Shown here: piece after piece, positions 1 to 12,865 of the stretch
How the letters are laid out: each line of letters begins with the position of its first letter
Position numbering within the stretch: the first letter of the stretch is position 1
Assembly (NCBI GenBank): GCA_973895155.1
Contig: OZ316897.1
Location: 14,259,375-14,323,374 of the forward strand
DNA from: Marsupella aquatica
Lineage: Eukaryota; Plantae; Marchantiophyta
Reading direction: 5' to 3'
Length of the DNA stretch: 64,000 nucleotides
Program-made: the position numbers and the translations under genes
Notes under the pieces: generated by a model
Database searches by the model: none
Seen by the model: the letters and a program-made list of their open reading frames with translations, nothing else
What the model was told of the DNA's origin: nothing

Positions 1-410
1 AAATAGAATAAGACAATATAATAAATTCAAATGACCCGTGATAACCAAGTTATACAAATAAGGAAGGTAAACCGGTGATGTATTATAAAAGTAAAAAACC
101 TATTTTTACAGGGTCAAGACCACGTCTGCCCCAATGCAGGCTCTAGATGGTTTTGACCGGTTGTTGAATGTATATCAATTACTATTTAAAAATCTATGTC
201 GAGATTATCTCGACCCAAATGAAGGGTCAACATAATTTTGACCCGTTGTTGAATATATCTATATCTCTAGCTATTCTCTTTGTATGGGGTCGAGACCCAA
301 ATAACCTTTCTCTGAGAACATATCTACAAGTAAAAGAGGATCAACAGCATCTAGACCCAAATGGATAGTACGCATAGCTTCACTCTTTTTTCGAGTAAGA
401 ATATGTATAT

Positions 411-1512
411 CTACAACTCACATCGTAACTGTTCGGTGTAGGGTCGAGACAATCTAGACCCAAATCTCATGCTCCTCCACCCCGCAAATTCATTTGAGCA
501 AGTAAATCTAGACCCTGACGGGTCATATTTCATATCGCGATTGCAGAAATCGAGAGGCTTTCTATTCCAGAACTTCGTGGTGAGGTCCCTACACCTCAGG
601 ACTTCCGAAACAAATCCCCGATGATTATCTCTGTAGGGTCCTGTGTACTGATCTCCAATTAATATCTTTGCAAGGTCGTTGATCGCCTCCTCCATCAATT
701 CCTCCATTGGTGGTAATTGTTGCACTTCATTCTTGACATCCCAAGGAATTTCGTCCGCTGTGATATCCAAGACTGTATGGATAACCGAATGAACCCATAC
801 CATACTACCCCACCGCTTCGTCAACAACGCATAAATGGCAGCCTGTTGATCTCTGTCCGCTAAAACATTTATCATAGACCACTTTGGATGATTGATAAAT
901 TAAAAGGTAGTGCTGAAGATTGAAGGCATGATACAATTTCCTGAGCAGAGGCCATAGTAGTTCTGAAAAGAATGTATCATCCGTGGAGTGATGCAAAAAT
1001 GAGGAAGGAAACAACCCACAATTCTCTGGATTTGCAAACGCCTTCATTGGAGTGTCATCAAGGAGTGTATTAGTTTCGTCGTATAATCCACCATAACGTT
1101 TCCAAACAACCCTCAAATCCTTCAAATGAATATTTGCCTTCCCATCGGTAATGTCAGGCCTCTGGATTCCAATATCGAATGTATCTTCTTGTGTGAGAAT
1201 AAACTTGAATTGCTCTCACTCTTCTTGACTGAAGATCAAATGAATCATTTCATCCGTCCTGGGTTTCCTTGCACAAGTCCAAATGGCAACATCAAATAAC
1301 AAAAAAGCTGCGATTAAGAACTCGTGAAGATGGGGTCGCTCAACATACATAAAGTTAAACCCTCCATGTCTACCCTAGTGGACACCCTTGACACTTGTCG
1401 CACTACGGCGCGGTCTGGAACTTGGCGTTTTGACAGAATCCCAACACATTTTGTTGAGGTCAAGAATCAATAGCTTCCGTCTGATCGCACCATGAAGTGG
1501 AGGCAAGGGTCC
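411..1512 (-). pseudogene. FCP1-homology / NIF (HAD-like) phosphatase domain, disrupted
   Basis: Manual translation gives RRKLLILDLNK (frameshift) ... VERPHLHEFL..FDVAIWTCAR ... (stop) ... LKDLRVVWKRYGGLYDETNTLLDDTPMKAFANPEN, matching the plant FCP1-like pattern KLLVLDLNG/RP/VWSS/KDL..W/NTLLLDDSPYKA..NP. Likely GT-AG intron at 1513-1618. Confidence 0.75.
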
Positions 1513-1929
1513 TGCAAAGAAGGAACATCAATGTTAGAATTGTGGGAGATAAAATAGAGGAATGCTCGAGACGATCTCGAGCATCACAAGTGAATGAACA
1601 AAAGTCAACGTATCATACCTATTGTTGGTTGAAGGCCAGTAGTTGAAGAAATCTCAGGACATCTTTGGAGATTATTGTCGACGCACTCCACAACTGGTAA
1701 GGGCCCGCCTATTTCTGTGAAGGTAGACATAATAATTTAGACGACTGAATTTCAGGACTGTTCAAACTAACTTGGGTTTCAAGCTCACATGCTGAAAGAC
1801 CCAAATTCATCTAGAAGGTTATCTCCTAGTTGGTTTTGGATGTCCAAATTTATCCCTCCGGGAAGGGTCTCAACAAGAGCTGGCTCAGACCAAACTGGCA
1901 CTAATTTGAACCTTCCTATACTTTCTAGA

Positions 1930-4900
1930 TCAAATAATCTTATCAGACTGCTCTATATTGACTTGTTGACCTTTTGACGATCCATCAGTCCAAACATAAT
2001 GAGTAGCACTTGCTTTGAGTGATTTGTAACTAGTTCTACCGATTTCAGTCCCTGGTTTCCTAACAAAAGGGAGAATTACGGGGCTTCTAGTAGAAGAATT
2101 TGTGAAAACAAGCTTATTCTCTGAAGTGCAAAACATTTGGTCCAAGGGAGAGGACGATGCACCTGCCTCGTCCTGAGGGGGAGTATGGGAGCGACTAGCT
2201 TTCTTAGTAGAGAGAATCTCATCCAGTTGAGGAGGGCTTGGAATTGGTTGGCTAATTGCGTCCTGCAAGGTGGATTCCCAGCCAACATCCAAGGTTGAAG
2301 ACTGTTGTTGACATTGTGCGTCCCCAAGGCCACCCGATGAAGGAACACCTGGAAGGTCGAGATCATCTCGAGCATCATTTCCAAATTCAGGCAGTATTTC
2401 ACCCTCCTCTTCCATGTAGCTTGGGATTTTCGGGCCCTCTGTTTTGCGATGCTCTAAATTCTCCGCAAATATTTCCTCATACACACTGGCTTCCACCGGA
2501 GCTATGTCTGAGGCCGCCTCTTCTATAAGGATGAGGGGACCGACAATAATTTCCTGAGATGCTAACAACTCTGTGGGTGGCACATATAAAACCTGCTTGT
2601 TGTCATGGAGGAGCTGAGCAAAGGCTTCTGTGAATTCCATCTCTTGAGCTGTGTCCGAATACACAGAACAATCCCGACCAAGAATGACACAAGCTTTCAA
2701 TGTCTGTCCTCCAAAGAAGAAATCCAACACTGTGTGACCAAGGCTGGAGAAATAATCAACAAGACGCTTTGTCATTCGCAAAGGCTTTGCTCTCGGGTTT
2801 ACAAAGCCACCCCGCCGACCGACCATCTCATAAGATGGGGCCATCTTCTCCAAAACTTTGACATCAATAGTAGATTCATCGAGCTTATCTTTCCCCTTTG
2901 ATTGGTCTTAATTTGTTGTTCCCAGTAGGGGCCTTCAAAGGCAAGACTATGAAGTCTTTGTCCCACTTCTCACTGTAGTTCCAAAATGCATAAAAGTCAT
3001 CAAAGAAAATTTGGGACCAGTCTGGTTCTTCTTCACAATAAATTCCCCCAAAGATGATTGAGTCTCGGGGTCCAATGAGAAAATCTCCCTCCTCCTTGGG
3101 CAGCTGATCACGGTAGTAACTTCCGTACTCCAGCTTCGTGTGGACTTTCTTCTCATGACAAATATTTTCAAAGGCACTCTGAATCTGGCCTATCCATGGG
3201 CCTTGACGGACAAAAAAGATTACCAAGAGCTCAGTCGAGTTTGCCATTTGCAAACAATACTCCAGCAAGATAAAATTTTGGCATCTGTCCACTGCTGTTG
3301 TCGAAGATGACCAAAATTGATAATGGAAAGTGGGCATGTCCTTTGCACCAAGTCAACAATCTCAGGCTTCATTGTCCTCATCAAATTATCGCTAAAAAAG
3401 GTGCGATAAGGAGTATCCTCCATTAAAGGCATCCCGCCAAATACCTTGCAATATATTTGCTCAAGCCTAACAATGAGACTTTGCGGAAATGGGTCTTTTG
3501 GCCTATTTCTTTTTAGGAGGTTGGAAATCCAAACCTCTCCAGCAAGTTGTGTAAGTTTGGGCAACTCACCACGATCCATAAATGCAGGCAAATATTGAGT
3601 TAGCTCAACCCAAGTGAGTGAATTGGCAAACCGATCCGGATACTTCAAAACAAAGTACTCCAAAATTTTACCCTCAGCTTGGTCATGACTTTGAAAGTAT
3701 GAGCCATATCAGTCATTGAATGAACATCAGATTTGTTGGTTGGGTCTTTCTTCAATAAAACCTTCTGATGTTGAACGGCAGTAAAAACTTTCAGAATGTC
3801 GTCACTACTCAGGTCTCCTTCAAAGCATCTAAACAATGCCGGCGTAATCATTTTTGTTGTCCGGGATTTCTCGTTTATTTTTGAAACTACTCCCCTAGAC
3901 CATCCGGAAGAAGTCCCTTGACCCAATCGATGCACATTTGTCTCCAAGATTGGAAGAGGTTCTCTTCCGAAAATAGCAACCAAAAAATATTCCTTAGATC
4001 GGATTTTCCAGTCGTTATTTTGGCCAAGGCCATAAAATCCTGATCCAAACAATACAAAGAAAATTTGAGGCTTGAGACGATCTCGAGGTAGAATTAAGGA
4101 ACTATGTTGAAATTTATGGGGGAAGACATGAAGATAAATCAAATACAAAAACTTAACCTCGAGCCTCGAGACAATCTCAAGCTAGAAGTGGATTTGAGTT
4201 TGAATATACCTGGAACTTTTGATGATCCGTTAGTCTATTGGACCCAATCACGGGTCTCTCCGGACGGCCACACTCGTCAAACTGTCGACGGACATGGACC
4301 ATAGTATCAAAAAAACAGGACTCATACTCCATGATCTTATTAACAACATTTTCTCTTTGTGAGTGTTGAGCAAGTATTGTTCTTGGAGTTTTGTCCGAAA
4401 GAATTCGTGACTTTCGATACTGCAGACTCTTTGCAACCTCCTTCAATTTTGCATCGCTCTTAGCCCAACCTATGATCCAAACAGCTGCCTTTGCCGAGTG
4501 TTGTCCACTAATTGCAAGGAACTGCACCTTTTTATTCTTAACACCCCACTCAAACTCCTTTCGATCCTCAGGAGTATTCTCATAATGGAGCAACTGCGAA
4601 CTCTCTCTTGAATACATAATTAAATCCGCCATAGCTGGTACCATTCCAGGGTTTCTAACCATGGATTTTGCAATCTCCATGGCGTGGTCTTTATTGAACA
4701 TCCTATATACCAAGACTGCAGAAGGTGAATCTATACTAGTGACAGGAATGTCAAAAGTTTTATTCATGCCAAATGTGTAATACTCCTCAATCTCCTTAAG
4801 AACTTTGGCTCCTTCTTTAACGCTCTTTTCTCCCGGAGCATCTCCTGGAGTGCTGTCATCATCGGTTTGTGCAATCACACCCGAGGAAGATGCCGGAATG

Positions 4901-5178
4901 AGATCTACCTTGGGCGGCGCGAACCATTTTGGAGGTGGAGCCTTCTTTGCTTTGCTTTCGGGTTTGTCAACCCTCTTCCTCTTTTGAGACACCTTTGCTT
5001 CCTTTTTGTCCAAACCGGATATTTTGTCTCTTGTAGCTACGGATTTCAATTTACCTATTTGTCTCCGATGAGACAACACCCACTTTTTACAAGCATCCTC
5101 GTCAAATTCTTCGGCTCCAAACACAAAATCAGGGGATATGGACTCGGGGGTTTCACTTCCACAAAAATGGCATATCAC
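1930..5178 (-). pseudogene. Multi-exon protein with ParB/Srx-like N-terminal domain and C-terminal N4/N6 DNA-methyltransferase-like domain, disrupted
   Basis: ORF 4177-5178 has FDIPVTSI..YRMFNKDHAMEIAKSM...FLAISGQHS (ParB-like GxH). ORF 1930-2853 begins NPRAKPLRMTKRLVDYFSSLGHTVLDFFFGGQTLKACVILGRDC, resembling HPTQKP..LI...S..GD.VLDPFxGSGTT..A...LGR of beta-class amino-MTases. Confidence 0.55.
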
Positions 5179-5372
5179 GTGCGACGAATGATAGGGTCAT
5201 TTTATTGGTTCTAAGGGAAGACTTAAAAATTTTTGTAGAAGAATAATAGGGTCTTTTAAATTCAATTTTGAGACTTATAAGAATACTAGGGTCTTTTTAA
5301 TCCAAATTTTAGAATATTCCAAGAATATTCCAACTTTATAGGGGTTAAAAAATAAAAAAAATTTCTTACATT

Positions 5373-5986
5373 TTAGGGGGTCCTAGGCCTAAAAACGTCG
5401 CAGGCGATGGGGAGGTCCCCATATAGTGAGACCCCTGAGGATATGGATTCAAACTCCCCCAATTTGGATTCCGACATTAGTCTCAAAACCTTCCACGTGA
5501 AAGGAGTTGTGAATGCATCATCACGATCAAACCCATACTTTTGACAATAAAGGAATCCAAAAATTATGTCGGCTCCAGGTATAGGACTATCCTCAAGCAA
5601 ATTACTTGCAGTAAAACCCTCGGGGAAGAACCCCATTGATATCACGCTCAGTTGTTTCCTGGCTGCACGTTCAATGTTAAGATTGCAAGAGTAGTTTTTA
5701 GCGTGAAGTCTAATTAGAGCCCACTTCCTTGTCTCATGGTTCTCCACCGTCAAAATGATGTCCTTACAGTTACTCGTCACAATAGAAACAACAGGCCCTA
5801 GTAGGCTGCACACTAGAGGATTGACTGATAGAGACCTCGTCTTCACACAAATAATAGTTCCTTCCATGTCTTCAGTTTCAACAAGCTCAATGGCCCAACA
5901 GAATCCAAATTGACCTTGTCCAGGGCAGGAAACCTCAATTGCATGTTCATCTTTGACTACCAAATTAGGCGATTCCAATTTTACAC
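5373..5986 (-). pseudogene. Probable exon of an unknown transposon-associated protein
   Basis: About 200 open codons downstream of a CAG acceptor near 5986; no family recognised. Confidence 0.3.
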
Positions 5987-7230
5987 CTGGTACAGCCAAA
6001 ATGGAGCAATCGTCAGAAACATATACCACAAAACCAAGAAACAAATAGGAGGCTTGAGATGATCTTGATCTTCCTTCATTTTTAGGACAGTTGAGTCGAC
6101 ATGTAGTCTGACATGTTCCATTGCCACATCTCATTCGGGAAATTTAAAAAGAGATTTCAACCCCAAGAAATCTAAAAAGATAACACAATAGTCATGAACC
6201 ACAAGAGGCTCGAGATGATCTCGAGCCACCATCTGTTTAAAAGAAAAAGACAAGGGCTCGAGATGATCTCGATCCTCAGATATATCAGTTGAGATCCTCG
6301 ATCCATTGCATATTATAAATCAGTCAAATACGAACAACATTTTCAAGAATGATCCAATGTCACCTATTCGACCACATTCAAAACCCTCTAACTCAGTGGT
6401 TTGTTATCTTCACAAACGAGTTGGAGGACTAAGAAAGTGGTCCAAAGGCAAGCTTGGATCACATTGGATAGGATATTAGTAATTGAAGTATACAACATGG
6501 AGTCCTTCCAACTGGAAGAAATCGGCCAAGGGATACGAATGAATATAATGGAAGATGGTGATGAATATATTTGGCTCGAGATGATCTCGAGCCTAACATC
6601 TCAAACGAGTGATCCAAATATCATATTCAACAATGAACATCATATTTAATCAATGATTAAAATCCACTTTCTCCATTGACTTTTGATACCCATAAACCCG
6701 TTCGGATGTCAATGATCAGAACGAGTTGGAGGATACAGAAGTCCCTGGAGGAAGGAAATTTTAGATATTTTGGATGTGATATTCACTTTTGAAGGATAAG
6801 AGTTTCCAGCTTGAAGAAATCTGACTAGGTAACATGCAGGAAATGCATATTGGCTCGAGATGATCTCGAGCCTCATGCCACTTACATCAAATACAAAATC
6901 AATTGATATCATAAACTTTTGAATCAAAGTAATGCAGAAAACATCAATAAGCTCGAGATGATCTTGAGCCTCAACTGCATCTAAGGAATCCAAAAACAAG
7001 TGGACCAATTGAAGCTCGAGACGATCTTGAGTTAAACCTGGACAATGAACAAAGATGATGAATTATGTTTAATGGTGCGCTGGATCTGATGCGCTGAATC
7101 TAGATGGGTCTAAAGCTCATCCCCAACGGTTGCAAGGTTGTACTCAATGAAGTCCTCCTTGGAGAAATCCACAACAATCGACATGGCTGGTGAAGAGAGG
7201 AACGTACTATGGGCTGAGAACTTACAAACA

Positions 7231-7390
7231 AATCTCGAGCCTAAACACAAAATCTTGACCCCATCAAATCTCGACCCTAAACACAAAATCTTGACCCTAT
7301 AAAATCTTGAGGCAAAAACATAATCTCGACCCTCTAATATCTCGAGGAAAATACAAGGATCTTGAGGCAAGAGCGCAAACAAATCTAGAG
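7231..7390 (+). repeat. Cluster of short AAATCT(C/T)GA(C/G)(C/G)C repeats (palindrome half-sites)
   Basis: aaatctcgagcc / aaatcttgaccc / aaatctcgaccc / aaatcttgaggc repeated about 9 times. Confidence 0.7.
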
Positions 7391-8573
7391 GCAAGAGGAT
7401 GCAAGGAGGCAAGGGACGCGAGGAGGCGAGGGAGGCGAGGAGGCAAATGTGCAAATGGGGAGTTCAAACCCCCTGAAGCCACTATAAGCCCCTCGGGGAT
7501 CGGCCTTGAGGGCCGTGCCAAGCGTGCCATGGGCTCGTGCAGGCTTAGGCAGGCTGCCACGCAACCACTTGGGTGCGTACAATCATTATTACGGTCACAC
7601 GTGTTGTCATTATTGTTATCTGTACTTCAGCCCTGTCGCCAGTTTAGCCGTACGTGCCACAAGTTCAACCAAGCCGTCTGATTGGCCTTTTTGTCAGTCA
7701 GGATTTTATATATTGCTTCGCCCTGCTCTCCAGCGGGTCATTCTTCTCATTTTGTTTCACTGCACGCTCGTTGCTCCCTCTGCCTTTAACATATCTCTCT
7801 CTCCCTCTCCCTCTCTCTGGCTCTAGATTTGTGCTTTGATCTCTTTCTATAGTTCGTTTTAAGGGTTGTGAACTCTGCGTTTGTGTTTAAGATATGTCGA
7901 GACATTATCATTTTAAGCTCTAAAGGAGGTCTAAAATAATTGAGCTCCTATCTTTTAGAAAACCAAACCTTTTCAGCTTATACTCATGTCGGTCAAAATC
8001 CATTTGGAAGCCTTTTCCCTCTATTTGATGGCCTTTTAGAAGCTATTTCTCAGTGTCTGGAATTAAACTAGGAGCCTACTTTCTTAATTGCACCAAATCA
8101 TACCTCTAGATCATCTAGAGCCATTTATATGTTCTTATTTTGGGTGGCTTATTATTCATAATAGTATCTTTGTCAAATACAATGTCCTTTTTGGCTTGAG
8201 ATCATCTTGAGTATTAAGTTTGATCCTCAAAATTATTAACTTTTGTCTTCTAGCTAATCGTGCATTGGTTGTCCTTCTTCTAATTGGGTTTGTAGATAGT
8301 CGGAGGTATAGAATCTGAATTCGCTATTCAGTGAGATTTCATATTCTACGTCGAGATCGTCTCGAGCTAAATACTTCTGAATTTTTACATATTGGTGTTT
8401 TTGGTCCCTCTTCTACCTCGAGATCATCTCGAGGTAGAAGAGTTTCTTATTTGCTCTATCACACAGTTTTGTGGGATAAACTTCTACACTTGGGTTTTTG
8501 GGTTTGTTTTTGTAGTCACTTTACCTCAAGATCATCTCGAGGTAACTACATCCAATGGTTTGGACCACGTTTT

Positions 8574-11500
8574 GAAAATGGGGATTTTCTTTCGAGGGGA
8601 CGAGGTTTGCCTCGTAATCAATGAAGTGGAAGTTGCTTGCGGGACCATCCTCAAGGTTGACCCGGGTGACTCAGACAGTGCGTAATGTTGATTTGGAGTT
8701 CTCATTGAGAAGTGCTATGAGGGATCACGAGAAATTCCTTACCCTTTGCCGCTGATCAGGACCCTGTTTGATGCTGTTGACTCCTGCATTATTTGGGATG
8801 CCTCTTTTGCATATTTGAAGTCACAGTCAACTCCAGCGATAGCACAAATGGATGCCTCTTGTTCTACAAAGGATACGGTTCCCAGTTTTGTACTAGACAA
8901 ATCTTTGGTGGGAAGTTTGGGAGACTCGATTATATCTGGCAATGAAGTCCAGCTCTGGATCGGCAATCAGATTGTGGCTCGTGGATTTGTATTCAAGACG
9001 AATCCCGACGAGACCTGTCACAATGAAAGACTTGGCACTTCTAGGATTAGTGTGAAAATATGTGAAGTTTTTCAAGGAAGCGAGAGGTTACCCTTTCCTC
9101 ACGCTGGAGCCGATACCGTTCAGGAAGCATTGGACACTTTTGTAATCTGGAATTTAAAGGATGTTACTCGGAGACGTTCTTCCCAGGCTATACTTAACGA
9201 CCTGTCCACACGGGATGTTTTTGGAAATTATAATTTCAAGGATTATAGTTTGCGTTCTAATTGGATGCCGAGGAGGTGGAATTGTATGCTGAGGATAATC
9301 GGACCAAAGTGGGGGTTGGCATCATCACAGTTCCTTTCGAGTCAGGTGCAATTGATGATGAGGTTCTTGGGCCAGATCACGTTGGGGTTGCGGTCACACG
9401 CGTGATTGACCCTCTATTTTTCCCAAATATCTCCCCAGGAGTGCCTAGTCTTGTTAGGTGGGCCATCCGTTCACTTCTGCTGATATCAAGGGGTATTTTT
9501 CTTCTGGATCTCATTGAAGAGGTTTCTCCAAAACCAATTATTGATGGTCGAGATCATCTAGAGGTAGATATGAAAGGTGACACTGAGTTTTCAAAGCGGC
9601 CGTATAATTTCATCAAGAGAACAAAGGTTAACCCAGATGAAAAAAGGAAGAAGCACTTGGAGTCTCGGGCGATACTGAAAATCATAGAGGAGGAAATTGA
9701 CTCCATCCAAAGAGAAGGTTGTTGTAAGTTGAAGTGTTGCCTCAACATGCCGAGAAAAGACCTACAGGCGATAAGGAGGGAATACCATGGGATGTCAAGC
9801 GACAACAAAACCAGTCACATTCTCACTCTTTTTGGTTGTAGGGAGAAGGAAGTGGAGACAAAAGGATATTTTGTTGTAAGAAGTAGACTTGTTTGCAAGG
9901 GTGCATTTATTAACATGCATGGATTCAGCTTTGCCAAGTATTATGATTACAAAAATCAATCTGAAGCAGGTTGCACGGTTGGATTCCACGGAAACAAGGG
10001 TTCACACAAGACACGGGGAAACACCTTGCATGCTCGTGCTTTGTTGGAGGCCATTCTAACCCAAAGCGGAGAACCAATGCTGCATCTTCCCTATGGAGGG
10101 TCTCATGGTACTGACACGATTGAGTACAGACTTCCATCTTGTTTCACAAAGAAAAAGATTTTTGAGGAGGTATACTCAAAAATGGAATTAGATGGCTACG
10201 TGAAGGTGAGTGAAAACACTATGTATAAACTCTAGAGTGAGTCCTTCATGAATTTTGACTTTCACAAGGGAAGTGCATTTGCAAAGTGTACACTTTGGAC
10301 TGAGTTCAAAGATCAGTTGATGCGGGAGAAGAGAAAGAAAGAGCGTTTAGAGATTGAGGAAAGAAGAGCTCGCCATCTTCGTGAGCAAATGTCTAGGAGA
10401 TATGTTTACTATGCTCATAGGGTTCTTGTGAAGAAGGATCCTGAGAACTATCTTTGCATTATACATGACAAGATGGACCAAGCCAAGACATGGATCCCTA
10501 GGTTGGTCCCCACTCTTAAATCATTGTCTGGTAGTCGTCAACCGCTCCCCATTGCGCTCATTGGGATGTTGACCCATGGAAGGGATCCCGAAGGGTATGC
10601 TCACTTCAGTTTCACTGGGCTTTGGCCGGGAGATGCAGACTTCACAGTGACATCATTGGCCAAGTGCCTTAGAGATCTGGAGACCTCCTTGAAGGATTAT
10701 ATTGGGCTGCAACGAGGCCAATGTTTCAATCTCTTTTGGACTTTGAAGCATTTCTCGCAGGTTACTTAGAACCCAAAAAAGTCTCAATTGCTAGATTTCA
10801 AGGAGCTGAAGATGACCAAGATCTTGGGTTATCAAATGTGGTGGATGACAACTTTGGTGTTGATCCCAAGGCTACGTCTACCTCTTTCAAACCATTGCCA
10901 AGGTACCTGACCTTGCAAATGGATAATTCAGGGAAAGATAACAAAAACCAGTACGTGATGGCATTTTGCAGTGAGCTTGTTAGTAGAGGGTTTTTTGAAA
11001 CAGTGCAGATGTCGTTTCTCATGGTTGGTCACACCCATGAGGATGTCGATGCATTGTTTTCAAAAGTATCCAACCAAGTGAAGTACAAGGAGGTTTCTAC
11101 CCTCTTGGGGTTGATGGCTGAGGTTTGGGAGTGTGAAAGCATTCATCTTGTCCCACGGTTGATCCAAGAGGTTGCAGCTTACAAAGAGTTTTTGAAAACT
11201 TTCAAGGTAAAAGACATAGAGGGTCACTCAAAACCAATGACATTTCTTTTCTTTATGAGAGATAATGTTCCAATATATCAATACAAAGCACATGTGAAAC
11301 AACCTTGGTACCCTCCAACCGGAAGGTCATTTGGAGAACTGATTCCAACACCAATGCTCTCATTTTACCAGAAGGTCAACCATTTGCAAAACCCATCTCC
11401 GGGGATGTACGAGGCAAGGTTGAAGAAATCATCCCATTCCTTAATCGTTACATTGAGTTTTTGAAGAAGAGTTGTAAGGATGAGACCTCTACAACATATC

Positions 11501-12256
11501 GTGAGCGGTTTCCTTTGGTGAAATATTGGGAGATGGTGGTGCAAGTATTATCTGGGGAGCTTACAATTGAAGGGGAGACAGAAATACAATTAGCATTGAC
11601 ATATGAGTTCTGGCCAAAAACCAACCACGGAACTGGTTACAAGGTGAATAGTATAGGAACCTCTGAACCATTGGGGGAGCCTAGTAGTAGTACACAGAAT
11701 CCAAAACATGGTGGAGCTTCAGAATGAGTACCTGGAAGAGATGGAGGATCAAGCTGCAACATTTGTTGGCGCTCGACACGAGCAAGAACTTGCACGTTGG
11801 ATTCCTCTGCAAGACATTCAAGAGGGTCACTTTGTATTTCTCCATCCAGAGGATGAATGGGAAAAGAAGAATGGGAAAGAACATTTCTAGTTGGTGAGAG
11901 CTTTGGGTGTTGTGGATCCAAACCATGAAGTTCCTTCAGGAGACTTGCAATGCAATGAGAATTCTCCTACTAGTACACGGTATGCTCCTATATTCCAAGT
12001 GCAATGGTGGAGGCCTAAACATGGTAAGCATGATGCACCGGATCATGTGCGATATTCACGTTGCTTTCAGACCACTAAGACCTGGGAGGTGGATCTTGGG
12101 TTTGACAGTGCCACTGAACGTTTGCAATTTGCTAATTCTGCTATGTATGGATTCAAGTCACGCTCTAGAGAAGAAAATATAATTGATAGAGGTTTGACCA
12201 TTCCCAAGAATGTTTTGAAAACACTCAAAACCTACATGGAAGGGATTGTTGAGTAA
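8574..12256 (+). pseudogene. DDD-type DNA transposase (Sola-like / DUF7869-type) with N-terminal repeated Tnp1/DUF8039-like modules, frameshifted
   Basis: Motifs GCCKLKCC, FAKCTL, IIHDKMDQAKT, LQMDNSGKDNKNQY and FLMVGHTHEDVDALFS across ORFs 9261-10235, 10248-10769 and 10721-11464; N-terminal VAxG...LPFP...VIW modules. Confidence 0.8.
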
Positions 12257-12281
12257 GTCAAATATTTTTTAGTAGTCACTC

Positions 12282-12413
12282 TGTCAGAGTGAGGGAGTCT
12301 ATGTCAATTAGTTTGGAATTAGACATGTCAAAGTGAGGGAGTCTATGTCAATTAGTTTTGAATTAGACATGTCAGAGTGAGGGAGTCTATGTCAATTAGT
12401 TTGGAATCAGACA
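12282..12413 (+). repeat. 44-bp minisatellite x3
   Basis: tgtcagagtgagggagtctatgtcaattagtttggaattagaca at 12282, 12326 and 12370. Confidence 0.9.
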
Positions 12414-12766
12414 TGTTTTTAGTACTCACTGTTGGTTAGTACTAAGTAGTATATCTATTTAAGTAACTGATTATTATAATATTTTGGGATACTAGTTTGA
12501 ATAGGTGGAGGTAATTGGACTTGGATACCTTTATAATTGATTTAATTAATTATTACATCAATACAAACTATATATTACATGAAAGCTTAATATCCATGAT
12601 AGGATGTGACTGCCTCTTACTAGTAAACCTTAGTTTCAACTCGAGTTGCTTAGAATGTACTAAAACATTACTTGTCTGAATGGATAGTAAGCCAAGTATC
12701 ATTCAAATTTAATATATTAAATGCTTTCAATTAGTAACTAAATAGAAGGTTAATCTAGCTAGCTAA

Positions 12767-12865
12767 GGGTAGAGATCATATTGAAGCTTTACTAGTTATA
12801 TGGGTAGAGATCATATTGAAGCTTTACTAGTTATATGGGTAGAGATCATATTGAAGCTTTACTAG
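12767..12865 (+). repeat. 35-bp minisatellite x~3
   Basis: gggtagagatcatattgaagctttactagttatat at 12767, 12802 and 12837. Confidence 0.9.

Larger units (their letters stand above)
1565..9563. repeat. Dispersed 17-bp palindrome CTCGAGAT(G/C)ATCTCGAG, 17 copies
   Basis: Copies start at 1565, 2356, 4071, 4165, 6053, 6209, 6257, 6575, 6854, 6952, 7015, 8104, 8195, 8350, 8417, 8525 and 9547. The 8417 copy extends to a 35-bp palindrome (8408-8442). Confidence 0.9.
411..12256. mobile_element. Decayed large DNA-transposon-like block (DDD transposase on +, divergent cargo genes on -); termini not identified and may extend beyond these coordinates
   Basis: Transposase motifs at 9.7-11.5 kb; all ORFs broken by stops or frameshifts; one palindromic motif family runs from 1.5 to 9.6 kb and I did not notice it elsewhere in the window. 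Confidence 0.6.
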
